A DNA stretch of 64,000 bases, taken from NCBI GenBank assembly GCA_902626505.1, contig CACOFQ010000002.1, positions 11,409-75,408 of the forward strand, read 5' to 3'. Every line of letters starts with the position of its first letter. Within the stretch, counting starts at the first letter, position 1. The DNA comes from an uncultured Marinoscillum sp. (GTDB taxonomy: Bacteria; Bacteroidota; Bacteroidia; Cytophagales; MED-G16). Below are positions 9,684 through 19,557 of this stretch, piece after piece. The notes under the pieces were generated by a model. It searched no databases, was not told the DNA's origin, and was given only the letters and a program-made list of their open reading frames with translations. The position numbers and the translations under genes were made by a program.

Positions 9684-10736
9684 ATGGAGGTCATTATTAA
9701 TAAGGTAAAGAAATCAAAAATTTCATCTGTCGACTTTAAAAATTTAGGTTTCTGTAAATATTATTCTGATCATATGTTCATAGCCGAGTATGAAGAAGGA
9801 GAATGGAAAAATTTTAAAATTACTCCTTTTCAAGACTTAAAATTGTCTCCTGCATGTGCCACTCTTCATTATGGTCAAACTATTTTTGAAGGTTTAAAGG
9901 CTTATAAGAATAATAAGGATGAAATTTTGATATTTAGAGCTAAAAAAAATGCCGAAAGGTTTAACAAAAGTGCACAAAGAATGTGTATGCCTGAATTACC
10001 AGAAAATATTTTTACTAATTCAATAAATGAATTATTGCGAGTTGATAAAAATTGGGTTCCAAAACAAGATAACTCATCTCTTTATATTAGGCCATTGATG
10101 TTTGCTAAAGATCCATATATAGGTATAAGACCTGCTGATAAATATATTTATCTTATAATTTGTGGTTTGGCAGGAGGTTACTATTCTGAGCCTGTCAATG
10201 TTAAAATTGAAGAAAAATTTACTAGAGCAATTGCTGGAGGAGTAGGATATGCTAAGACTGCTGCAAATTATGCAGCTGCGCTGTACCCGGCTGTAAAATC
10301 TCAATCTGAAGGTTATCATCAATTGATTTGGACTGATGGAAAAAAACATGAGTATGTAGAAGAATCAGGCACAATGAATCTTTTTTTTGTTATAGATGGA
10401 AAACTATTAACTCCTCCTCTTGGAGATACGGTTTTAGATGGAGTAACAAGAGATAGTATTATATCTCTATGTAAAAATCTTAATATTGATTTAGAAGTAA
10501 GAAAAATATCAGTTGAAGAAATTATTTTATCCATTAAAAATGGTCAACTTACTGAAGCTTTTGGTGCTGGAACAGCAGCAACTATTGCCCCTATAAAAAT
10601 GATAGGTTATGACTCTAAAAAATATAAAATTTCATATGGTAAAAATTCTATATCTCAAAAAATATTATCGAAACTTAATAAAATTAAATATGGAATTGAT
10701 GAAGATATATTTAATTGGATACATAAAATTAAATAA
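9684..10736 (+). CDS. ilvE: Branched-chain amino acid aminotransferase (class IV)
   Basis: About 350 aa long-form BCAT pattern (LHYGQTIFEGLKAY, LYIRPLMF, GGVGYAKTAANYA, EESGTMNLFFV, GVTRDSI). Confidence 0.85.
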   Translation: MEVIINKVKKSKISSVDFKNLGFCKYYSDHMFIAEYEEGEWKNFKITPFQDLKLSPACATLHYGQTIFEGLKAYKNNKDEILIFRAKKNAERFNKSAQRMCMPELPENIFTNSINELLRVDKNWVPKQDNSSLYIRPLMFAKDPYIGIRPADKYIYLIICGLAGGYYSEPVNVKIEEKFTRAIAGGVGYAKTAANYAAALYPAVKSQSEGYHQLIWTDGKKHEYVEESGTMNLFFVIDGKLLTPPLGDTVLDGVTRDSIISLCKNLNIDLEVRKISVEEIILSIKNGQLTEAFGAGTAATIAPIKMIGYDSKKYKISYGKNSISQKILSKLNKIKYGIDEDIFNWIHKIK

Positions 10737-11816
10737 TGAATACAGATCAAATTAATGAATTGATGAATAGAGCCTCTGCATTAAGAGGCTATCTTTGACT
10801 ATGATAATAGAAAGAAATTAATTCAGGATAAAGAAAAAATTTCAGTACAACCAAATTTTTGGGATAACAGAGAAGAAGCAGAAAAAATACTAAAAGAGAT
10901 TTCATCTAATAAGATTTGGATTGACTCATATGATGATGTAGTATCATCAATATCTGATTTACAAACTCTATATGAATTCTATCAAAGTAGTGAAATTGAT
11001 GAGGAAGAATTTCAATCAGAGTTCAATAAGTCTCTTAATAAATTAGAAAATCTAGAGTTCAAAAAAATGCTATCTAATAAAGAGGATCAAATGAGTGCAA
11101 TTATAGAAATTAATCCTGGAGCTGGTGGTACTGAGAGTCAAGATTGGGCTAGTATTTTAATGAGAATGTATATTATGTGGGCGGAGTCTCAAAATTTTAC
11201 TGTAAAAAAAGTTAATGTTCAACCTGGTGAAACAGCGGGAATTAAGTCAGCTATTTTAGGGATTGAAGGTGAATTTGCTTATGGTAATTTAAAATCTGAA
11301 ATAGGAGTTCATCGCTTAGTAAGAATATCTCCTTTTGATTCTGGTGCTAGAAGACACACATCTTTTGCTTCAGTATTTGCTTATCCTGAAGTTGATGAAA
11401 CTATTGAAATTAATATAAATCCTTCCGATATAGTTTGGGAAACTTTTAGAGCTAGTGGGGCAGGAGGTCAAAGTGTAAATAAAATTGAATCTGCTGTTAG
11501 ATTAAAACATGATCCATCAGGTCTTATTATAGAGTGTCAACAGGAAAGAAGTCAAATTTTAAATAAAGAAAAGGCTCTTAACATGCTGAAATCAAAACTT
11601 TATCAAATAGAGGTTGATAAAGTAAATAAAGAGAAGGATGAAAGAGATAGTACAAAACTTAAGATAGATTTCGGCTCCCAAATCAGAAATTACGTATTAC
11701 ATCCATATAAGATGATTAAAGATGTTAGGACAGGTATTGAAAGAGGTGATGTGAATAATGTTCTTGACGGTGATATAAATGACTTTATTAAAGCGTATCT
11801 TTTGAATGATAAATAA
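10736..11816 (+). CDS. prfB: Peptide chain release factor 2, requires programmed +1 ribosomal frameshift at 10796
   Basis: The 0-frame ATG at 10736 (TAATG overlap with the ilvE stop) reads 20 codons, MNTDQINELMNRASALRGYL, then TGA at 10796..10798. The +1 frame from 10797 (DYDNRKKLIQ...) is open and contiguous with track ORF 11067..11816. That ORF carries the RF2 SPF tripeptide (ISPFDS) and GGQ (SGAGGQSVNK). Confidence 0.93.
10784..10799 (+). other. RF2 autoregulatory frameshift cassette: SD-like AGAGGC, UAU spacer, slippery CUU UGA C
   Basis: AGAGGCTATCTTTGAC aligns position-for-position with the E. coli prfB site AGGGGGTATCTTTGAC. Confidence 0.85.
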
Positions 11817-11821
11817 TATCT

Positions 11822-13327
11822 ATGGCTAAAAAAAGAGTAGTAGTTATTGGAGCAGGTGTAAATGGTTTAGTAGTATCAAACTATTTATCAAGAGAAAATT
11901 ATGATGTTACTTTACTTGAAAAATCACATAAAATTGGTGGAGCATGTGTTTCTGATTCGGTTCAGATAAATGGAGACCATATATCTTTCGCAAAAGGTGC
12001 AACTGTTTTAGGTATGATGCCTGATTTTATTTTTAACGAAACTGGGTTATCAGAAAGGATTAAAATTTTTTCTCCTGATTATCAAAAAATTGTGTATTTT
12101 GAAAAAGATAATATTCAAATAAATATTCATAAAGATGCTCATGAATTATCAAAAGAATTAAATAAAAAAGTAGGGGAAAATGGAGATATAATAGGCTTCA
12201 GAAATGATGAAAATAAAGTAATTGAATTTATTAGAAAGGGATATAGGAATGGAATTCCTCCAAACTTAGATGAAGCTGAAAGAAAGTTAGGTAAAAGTAT
12301 AGTAGAGTTGTGGATCAAAGGAAGTGCTAGGAATCTATTAAATCACTATTTCACTTCAGAGAGAACAAAATTATACATGGGAATGACTGTAATAGAAAGT
12401 AGTCCTGAGTCAATTGATTCTCCTGGTTCAGCATTTATTATACCTTTAATGGACTCAGGTTCAGTATTTGATGGTTATTGGGGATATGTGAAGAATGGTA
12501 TTTGGCAAATCACAGAAGAACTTGGTAAAATTAATAGTATAAACGGAGTAAATATTAAGACTTCAATTGATATTAATTATGTTGATGAGATATCAAAAAA
12601 AGTTATTTTAAATAATGGAAAGGAATATAATTATGATATATTAATATTTGCAACTGATCCTTTGACTCCATCTAAATTTATTAACAATAATAAATTAAAT
12701 AAATCTTTAAATTCAAAAAAAATTATTGGAACTAGTGGTAAAGTAACTGTTTTTTTTAAGAATAAAGTTCAATGGAAAAATCATAGTAATGACGATAAAT
12801 CTCTTAGCTCATTTAGATTTATTTTTTCAGTTGACGATTTAGACGAGTTTGAATTGAGAAGTAATAATTCGTTAAAAGGAATATCTGATTATGAACCTGG
12901 TTATATTCAAGTTTATTGTGAGGGTGCTGCGCAAAGATATTTAGGTAACTCTGAAAAATACGATAAACTTATTTTATTCACTAAAAACATATCTTTTGAT
13001 AAGACTGGTAAGGAATTAAAAAATGTCCATGAAAAAATAAAACAAAAAGTTTTTCAATATATTTCAAATCCTTCTGACTGTGTTGAGAGTATATTTTTGA
13101 CACCTAAAGACATGAAAAATGAATTTTATTTTCCAGGGGGAAATATTGACCATGTTATGCTAACTCAGGGTCAAAATTTTGATTCTAGAAACTATAAGTT
13201 TTCAGGTAAAAATAATTTTTATAATATAGGAGATTTTGAAGATATATTTTATTGTGGAGCCGGTACTTATCCATGCGGGAGTGTTGCAGGAACACCAGGC
13301 TATATGTGTTATAAACAGATAAATTAA
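11822..13327 (+). CDS. NAD(P)/FAD-dependent oxidoreductase, phytoene-desaturase (CrtI)-like family
   Basis: N-terminal Rossmann dinucleotide motif VVVIGAGVNGLVVSNYL...LLEKSHKIGGAC, about 500 aa. Substrate unknown. Confidence 0.7.
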   Translation: MAKKRVVVIGAGVNGLVVSNYLSRENYDVTLLEKSHKIGGACVSDSVQINGDHISFAKGATVLGMMPDFIFNETGLSERIKIFSPDYQKIVYFEKDNIQINIHKDAHELSKELNKKVGENGDIIGFRNDENKVIEFIRKGYRNGIPPNLDEAERKLGKSIVELWIKGSARNLLNHYFTSERTKLYMGMTVIESSPESIDSPGSAFIIPLMDSGSVFDGYWGYVKNGIWQITEELGKINSINGVNIKTSIDINYVDEISKKVILNNGKEYNYDILIFATDPLTPSKFINNNKLNKSLNSKKIIGTSGKVTVFFKNKVQWKNHSNDDKSLSSFRFIFSVDDLDEFELRSNNSLKGISDYEPGYIQVYCEGAAQRYLGNSEKYDKLILFTKNISFDKTGKELKNVHEKIKQKVFQYISNPSDCVESIFLTPKDMKNEFYFPGGNIDHVMLTQGQNFDSRNYKFSGKNNFYNIGDFEDIFYCGAGTYPCGSVAGTPGYMCYKQIN

Positions 13328-13328
13328 C

Positions 13329-14564
13329 TTATTTTAAAGACTTCAGTAATGTCTTTAAATACCATTTCTTAAATTTTTCCAATCCTTTCTCCATTTCTGA
13401 TAGCGGTCCAGGTATATATTTTTTAGAATTAACACCTTTTTGATTGTCTTCAATAATTTTTTTATCAGCAATTGTTGTCTTATCCCACATCCATATTATG
13501 TTTTCTATATTATAGTCAATACCTTCTACTGCATCTTTATCTACTAACCACATAATTTCAACATCTGTCCTCATTGGTCCTCTGGGTATAAAAGTGAAAG
13601 CAGTTGCAAAATCATTAGACATTAATAAACTATTAAAAGGGGAGGTTCCTATGGTAGTGTAACCACCATCAAATTCATTAAAATATCCCATCAATGTTGA
13701 TGCCGGTTTACCATTTTTTGTTTCAGATAGTCTATTTTTAGAAAATGGAGTTCTTTCCGCACTTCTATAGAAGTTAGAAAATTTTTTTTCTGAGTATTCA
13801 CCAGTTAAATAACCTATTTTATTTGTTTTTTTATTCCAATCATCTAGTTTTTTACTAAATTCTAACGATTCAGGTCCAGTATTATTTCCAGCACCATATG
13901 CCTGAATATAATCTTTCGAATGAACTTCACAATATTCAGGATGAGCAGTTTGGCAATGATAGCATTCATGAAAATTATCTAGAGTTAGTTTCCAGTTACC
14001 GTTTGTTGGATAAGTTTTTCTAAATGCAATTTTTGCATTATTTAAACCGTGTAGTTCAATAAAATTTCTGGTTGGTTTGATAAATTCATTGAAATCATCT
14101 GGATTATCAGATAAGTTTATAAAAATTAATCCTTCAAAATTTTTTGAATGACATTTATGTAACTGCCAATTCTCTTTCTCAAAATTTTCAGGCATCATTT
14201 GTGCTTTAATTAATTTTCCATCTAAATCATAAGCCCATGAATGATACGGACAAACTAATTTATTTATTCTACCTTCTTTATTTACACATATGTGAGATCC
14301 TCTATGTCTACAAACATTATAAAAGCAATTAATTTTATCATCTCCTCTAATCACTATAATTGATTCTTTACCAATATCAAATAAAAAGTAATCTCCTTTA
14401 TTTTGTATTCTGGATTCATGGCCGATAAAAATCCATTGATTAAATAAAATATTATTTATATCAAGGTCATAAATTTCTTGACTAGTATAAAAAGATTTTT
14501 CAAGAGGGAAATTATCTTTTTGATTACTTATAAGATTAATTAATTCAGATTTATTTTTTATCAT
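13329..14564 (-). CDS. Rieske [2Fe-2S] non-heme iron oxygenase alpha subunit (choline-monooxygenase/GbcA-like subgroup)
   Basis: Rieske motif CRHRGSHIC...CPYHSWAYDLDG. Catalytic-domain iron ligand region DNFHECYHCQTAHPEY. Confidence 0.8.
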   Translation of the reverse strand: MIKNKSELINLISNQKDNFPLEKSFYTSQEIYDLDINNILFNQWIFIGHESRIQNKGDYFLFDIGKESIIVIRGDDKINCFYNVCRHRGSHICVNKEGRINKLVCPYHSWAYDLDGKLIKAQMMPENFEKENWQLHKCHSKNFEGLIFINLSDNPDDFNEFIKPTRNFIELHGLNNAKIAFRKTYPTNGNWKLTLDNFHECYHCQTAHPEYCEVHSKDYIQAYGAGNNTGPESLEFSKKLDDWNKKTNKIGYLTGEYSEKKFSNFYRSAERTPFSKNRLSETKNGKPASTLMGYFNEFDGGYTTIGTSPFNSLLMSNDFATAFTFIPRGPMRTDVEIMWLVDKDAVEGIDYNIENIIWMWDKTTIADKKIIEDNQKGVNSKKYIPGPLSEMEKGLEKFKKWYLKTLLKSLK

Positions 14565-14642
14565 AATTTTATTAATTCTCTATTATAATTTTATTTAAGA
14601 AAGTTTTCCAGTTTTTCTTAATAAATATTATTAATTTATAGA

Positions 14643-16082
14643 ATGAGAGAAAAAAAGACTGCTTCTTTATTCCATGCATTATTTCCAATATTATTTTTAA
14701 TTGTTCTATTAATTATAAACGTATCAATATTTGGAGATGATTCACTAGATGGAAGTATTCAGATAGTTTTAATATTATCATCTGCTGTAGCTTCAGTTTT
14801 AGCATTTAATTTAGGTTTCACTTGGGATGATATACAAAAAGGAATACTAAAAAGTATAAATTCTTCAATGTCATCAATTTTGATTTTATTTTTAGTGGGA
14901 TCCTTAGCTGGATCCTGGTTACTGAGTGGGGTAGTTCCAGCTTTTATTTATTATGGCATACAAATATTAAATGCAAAAATTTTTCTTTTTGCAGCTTGTA
15001 TCATATGTGTAATTGTATCAATGGTAACAGGAAGCTCATGGACAACATCTGCAACTATAGGTATTGCATTAATAGGTATTGGAAAAGCATTAGGGATTTC
15101 TGATGGCTTAATAGCTGGAGCAATATTAAGTGGTGCCTATTTTGGTGATAAAATGTCACCATTATCAGATACAACTAACCTAGCTCCTGCTATGTCTGGA
15201 ACTGACTTATTTACTCACATTAGATATTTGATGATAACTGCTATTCCTTCAATTTTGATTTCTTTGGTTATTTTTATTTTTTTGGGTCTAAATATATCTT
15301 CAGATATAGAATCAGATAATGCAGTTTTAATATCAAATTTAATTAACGAAACATTTTATATCTCACCAATATTATTTTTAGTTCCCTTAATTGTAATTTT
15401 ATTAATATACAAGAAAATAAAGGCAGTTCCTTCACTATTTATTGGTGTTATTTTAGGATCATTATTTGCTTTGATTTTTCAAAAAAATTTAGTGGTTGAG
15501 GTTTCAGGCATGAAAGATATTTCCTGGATATCGCTTTTTTCAGGAACAATGAAGTCTTTATATGGTTCAATTTCTATTCAAACTTCAAATCAAATTGTTA
15601 ATGAACTCTTATCATCTAGCGGAATGTTTGGAATGTTAAATACAATATGGTTGGTAATATCAGCTATGATTTTTGGTGGTGTTATGGAAACAGCAGGATT
15701 TCTTAAAAAAATAAGTTCTTTAATATTAGATAAAATTAATTCTACTGGTTCCTTAGTAACATCTACTGCAGGTACTTGTATATTTTTCAATCTTACTGCT
15801 TCAGATCAATACTTATCAATTGTTGTACCAGGAAAAATGTACTCTAAAATATATAAAGATAAAGGTTTAGCTCCTGAAAATTTAAGTAGAACATTAGAAG
15901 ATAGTGGAACTGTTACATCCGTTCTTGTTCCTTGGAATACATGTGGGGCATATCATGCATCTGTTTTGAATGTAGCTACTTTAACTTATTTACCTTATTG
16001 TTTCTTTAGTTTAATAAGTCCTTTAATGACAATATTTATTGCTTATTTTAGAATAAAGATTAAATCATTAAGAACTAAATGA
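14643..16082 (+). CDS. nhaC: Na+/H+ antiporter NhaC family transporter
   Basis: About 480 aa, 11-12 TM protein with NhaC-like blocks (GSSWTTSATIGIALIGI, GAYFGDKMSPLSDTTNLAP, VPWNTCGAY). Confidence 0.75.
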   Translation: MREKKTASLFHALFPILFLIVLLIINVSIFGDDSLDGSIQIVLILSSAVASVLAFNLGFTWDDIQKGILKSINSSMSSILILFLVGSLAGSWLLSGVVPAFIYYGIQILNAKIFLFAACIICVIVSMVTGSSWTTSATIGIALIGIGKALGISDGLIAGAILSGAYFGDKMSPLSDTTNLAPAMSGTDLFTHIRYLMITAIPSILISLVIFIFLGLNISSDIESDNAVLISNLINETFYISPILFLVPLIVILLIYKKIKAVPSLFIGVILGSLFALIFQKNLVVEVSGMKDISWISLFSGTMKSLYGSISIQTSNQIVNELLSSSGMFGMLNTIWLVISAMIFGGVMETAGFLKKISSLILDKINSTGSLVTSTAGTCIFFNLTASDQYLSIVVPGKMYSKIYKDKGLAPENLSRTLEDSGTVTSVLVPWNTCGAYHASVLNVATLTYLPYCFFSLISPLMTIFIAYFRIKIKSLRTK

Positions 16083-16968
16083 TTTCATTTAAAATTGATA
16101 GATAATTATTATATCTTTTTATATTAATTTGTTTTCCAATATTTTCTTTAATAGCACAATCAGGTTCATTTTTATGGAGACAATTTTTGAATTTACACTT
16201 GTTTCTTAAATTAAATTCAGGATACAAAAAACTAAGATCAGATTTATCAATATCAAAAAAGTTAAAATCTTTAAAACCAGGAGTGTCAGTAATTGATCCT
16301 GATACTTTTAAATCAAAAATTTCAGAGAAAGTAGTCGTTTGTTTTCCTCTACTTGTCTTAGCTGATAGATCATTAGTTCTTTGGTTAGATGTTTTTGATA
16401 TTTTATTAATTAATGTCGATTTTCCAACCCCAGAATTACCTAATAACAAAGTTTTTTTATTTTTCAGTTTTATTTCAAGAATATCAATATTGTCACCTTT
16501 TTCTGCAGAAATATAGAATGTGCTTATATTAATGTTTTTATATATAGATATTACTTCTTCAAGCTTTTTAAATTCTTTATTATTTAATATGTCAATCTTA
16601 TTAAAAACTAAAATTGGAGTAATATTATAATAAAAGGATGCCGCAATACATTTATCTATAAAACCTAATTTTGTATATGGATTTTTAATGCTAGCTAGTA
16701 TTAGAGTCTGATCTATATTTGATCCAATAATGTGCACGTTTTCATCTTTTAATGATCTCTTAATAAAATAGTTTTTTCTTTCTATAATATTTTCAATGAT
16801 ACCATTGTTATCTTCATTTAAAATAAATTCTACCTCATCTCCTGATACAATTGGATTTGAAAAATTATTTGTTAATTTATTTTTACCTCTATAATTACAC
16901 TTATAAATTTTATCCTCTGATTTTATAGTGTATAAATTTCCAACTGACTTAATTACAGTACCTTTCAT
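16075..16968 (-). CDS. rsgA: Ribosome small subunit-dependent GTPase A
   Basis: Circularly permuted GTPase: NKIDIL (G4) precedes GNSGVGKSTLIN (G1) and DTPGF (G3). C-terminal zinc knuckle CKFKNCLHKNEPDCAI. Confidence 0.88.
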   Translation of the reverse strand: MKGTVIKSVGNLYTIKSEDKIYKCNYRGKNKLTNNFSNPIVSGDEVEFILNEDNNGIIENIIERKNYFIKRSLKDENVHIIGSNIDQTLILASIKNPYTKLGFIDKCIAASFYYNITPILVFNKIDILNNKEFKKLEEVISIYKNINISTFYISAEKGDNIDILEIKLKNKKTLLLGNSGVGKSTLINKISKTSNQRTNDLSAKTSRGKQTTTFSEIFDLKVSGSITDTPGFKDFNFFDIDKSDLSFLYPEFNLRNKCKFKNCLHKNEPDCAIKENIGKQINIKRYNNYLSILNEII

Positions 16969-18188
16969 TTTAGATATTTTTTTAGAAATTCATTAATTTT
17001 ATTTGTAGCACCAGATTTTGATTTAATAAATTCATAACCACCTTTTCCAGTATCTCTATTTTTAAAAATTCTATTTTTTATTAATTTAAATTCATTTCCA
17101 GTTTTGATTGGAAATCCAATATTTCTCTTCTCAAGAGATTCTACTTCAATAAATTTTTTATTGTTAATATGATTGCCATAAACAACTGGAATATTCCATA
17201 CAGCAGCTTCTAAAGTATTATGTAAAGCACCTCTAAATCCACCACCAATGAACGCAATTTTTGCATATTTATAGATTGATGAAAGCATCCCAATATTATT
17301 AATTAATAAGATTCTTTTTTTAATATTTTTTTGAGGTAAATCAGAATATCTAATTGTATCATTTATAAAAATATTTTCTAAATACTCTAATTCTTTCTGA
17401 TTTATATTATGGGGAGCAATAATATATTTGGTGTCTGTAAGGTCTCTAATGATTTCATTCTTTATTTTTTGTATATCACTTTTCCAGGAGCTACCAATTA
17501 CAACAGTATTTTTACCATTAATAAATTTTTTAATTGAATCTATTTCTTCAAAATTTTCAAATATTTCTAATACTCTATCATACCTAGTGTCACCAATAAC
17601 TTTCACATTTTCTATTTGAATTTTATATAAAAGTTCACGTGAACTATCATTTTGAACTAGAAATAATGAAATTTTATTTAAAATATTTTTAAAAAAATTT
17701 ATTGGAAAAAAATAAATTTGATTACTTCTGAAAATCGATGATACTGAAATTATAGGTATTGATTTTTCATTTCCTATCGTAATTAAATTTTTCCAAAATT
17801 CATATTTAATTATTATAAGAAATTTAGGATTTAACGAATGAAAAATTTTTTTCATATTATTCAATGTATCTGAGGGAAGATAAAAATGATAATCAATTTG
17901 ATTATTTTCAGATATTTTATTTTCAACTGAAGATGAATAATATGTAATTAGTAATTCAATTTTATAGTTTTTTTTAAATAATTTGATAATGGGTTTAGCT
18001 TGTTCAAATTCACCAACTGAAGAGACATGGATCCAAATAAATTCTTTTTCATCAAGTTTTTTATCTTTTATATACTTAAAAGTTCTTTTTCTTCCTTCTA
18101 AAATTCTTTTGTTTTTATCATTAATTTTTGAACTAAAAAAAATATAGATATCGATAAGTTTAATAAACACATTATATAGAAAATTCAT
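16965..18188 (-). CDS. waaA: 3-deoxy-D-manno-octulosonic acid (Kdo) transferase
   Basis: WIHVSSVGEFEQAKPII N-terminal motif typical of WaaA/KdtA, about 400 aa GT30 layout, C-terminal GGGFRGALHNTLEAA. Confidence 0.8.
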   Translation of the reverse strand: MNFLYNVFIKLIDIYIFFSSKINDKNKRILEGRKRTFKYIKDKKLDEKEFIWIHVSSVGEFEQAKPIIKLFKKNYKIELLITYYSSSVENKISENNQIDYHFYLPSDTLNNMKKIFHSLNPKFLIIIKYEFWKNLITIGNEKSIPIISVSSIFRSNQIYFFPINFFKNILNKISLFLVQNDSSRELLYKIQIENVKVIGDTRYDRVLEIFENFEEIDSIKKFINGKNTVVIGSSWKSDIQKIKNEIIRDLTDTKYIIAPHNINQKELEYLENIFINDTIRYSDLPQKNIKKRILLINNIGMLSSIYKYAKIAFIGGGFRGALHNTLEAAVWNIPVVYGNHINNKKFIEVESLEKRNIGFPIKTGNEFKLIKNRIFKNRDTGKGGYEFIKSKSGATNKINEFLKKYLK

Positions 18189-18196
18189 CGTACATA

Positions 18197-18787
18197 TTAT
18201 TTAATTATTTCATGAATATGGCTTAAAATTTCTTCTCTTCCTTCTAAAGTTTTAGATGAAGAAATAAAATAATCAGGTGGTGGGGACCAATAATTATTTA
18301 ATTCATTTATGAAATCATCAATATTATTTTTAATTGGTATTTTTTTAATTTTATCACATTTCGTGAAAATTAAATTAACAGGAAGATTATTTTTTCCAAT
18401 AAAATTAATATAATCTATGTCAATTTTTTGTGGAGGAATTCTAATATCTATTAGAATAAAAATCAATGATAAATTTTTAGAGTTTATCAAAAAATTTTTT
18501 GTCATATCATCCCATTTTTTTCTATTAGATTTGCTTGTTTTTGCCCATCCGTATCCTGGAAGATCTACAAAATATATTTTCTCATTAACCATAAAATGAT
18601 TAATAAGTTGAGTTTTTCCAGGTACTGAAGATATTTTAGAAAGTTTTTTTCTTTTTAATAACATATTAATTAATGATGATTTACCAACATTTGATCTACC
18701 TAAAAAAATAAATTCAGGTAAAGATTTATTAGGGCACTCGGATAGTTTAGAGCTGCTCTTTATAAATTTTGCATCTTTTATTACCAT
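18197..18787 (-). CDS. engB: Ribosome biogenesis GTP-binding protein YihA/YsxC (EngB)
   Basis: G1 GRSNVGKSSLIN, G3 DLPGYG, G4 TKCDK. The track start at 18799 is TTG; ATG at 18787 (MVIKDAKFIKSS) is preferred. Confidence 0.85.
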   Translation of the reverse strand: MVIKDAKFIKSSSKLSECPNKSLPEFIFLGRSNVGKSSLINMLLKRKKLSKISSVPGKTQLINHFMVNEKIYFVDLPGYGWAKTSKSNRKKWDDMTKNFLINSKNLSLIFILIDIRIPPQKIDIDYINFIGKNNLPVNLIFTKCDKIKKIPIKNNIDDFINELNNYWSPPPDYFISSSKTLEGREEILSHIHEIIK

Positions 18788-18849
18788 ATTTAGAACCAAT
18801 ATGCAATTTTAATTCATTTTTGAAGTTTAGATATTATATTTAATGATAA

Positions 18850-19557
18850 ATGAGGAAGATTTTTTTATTTTCTATAATATTTATTTTTAACAGTCATTTC
18901 ATTTTTTCTCAATCAAGTAGAATTAATTTAAGTGGTTATGATGATGTAAATACTCATTTTGGATTTTTACTTGGTCTACATTCCTCTTATTATAGATTTG
19001 ACTATTCAAAAGACTTTTCATCTTCAGACTTTCAAAATCTTCATAGTATCCACTCTAAAACCATGCCTGGGTTTAAACTTGGATTTATATCAGATTTTAA
19101 TCTTTATTATCCTTTTGACGTGAGAACCTTACTTCAGGTATCTTTTTCTGAATTTAGGATGGATTATTATTATATAGACGGATCTGTTTTTACAGATACT
19201 AGGCCATCAACTTTTTTAGAGTCACCGGTTTTAATTAAGTATAAATCTAAAAGAAGAAAAAATCATAGGATGTTTATTATAGCTGGATTTAAACCAAGTT
19301 TAGAGATAGGAGCAAAAAATAAAGACGAAGCAGGGAAGGATATTTTAGATTTAAAGTCATTTGATATTTCATTTGAGTTAGGTTTTGGTAGTGATATTTT
19401 CTTTCAATTATTTAAGTTATCTCCTGAGATAAGATATTCAAGAGGATTAAGGAATGTGTTGAATAAGAAAAATATTAATGAATATAATTTACCAATAAAC
19501 AAGATAATTGTTCACAATATTTCTTTTTTCCTTACATTTGAAGGTGGTCCAAAGTAG
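18850..19557 (+). CDS. Outer membrane beta-barrel protein (PorT/OMP_b-brl_2-like)
   Basis: Signal peptide, alternating-hydrophobic beta strands (HFGFLLGLHSS, FKLGFISDF, FELGFGSDIFF), aromatic C-terminal strand ISFFLTFEG. Confidence 0.6.
   Translation: MRKIFLFSIIFIFNSHFIFSQSSRINLSGYDDVNTHFGFLLGLHSSYYRFDYSKDFSSSDFQNLHSIHSKTMPGFKLGFISDFNLYYPFDVRTLLQVSFSEFRMDYYYIDGSVFTDTRPSTFLESPVLIKYKSKRRKNHRMFIIAGFKPSLEIGAKNKDEAGKDILDLKSFDISFELGFGSDIFFQLFKLSPEIRYSRGLRNVLNKKNINEYNLPINKIIVHNISFFLTFEGGPK

Noticed and set aside
19508-19543. TTG-initiated N-terminal extension of the ydfG-like SDR (MFTIFLFSLHLK)
   Set aside because: It overlaps the preceding OMP gene by 50 nt and precedes the Rossmann motif by far more than in homologues. 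E. coli YdfG starts 2 residues before the equivalent VLVTGAT. GTG at 19544 is more plausible, though unproven.
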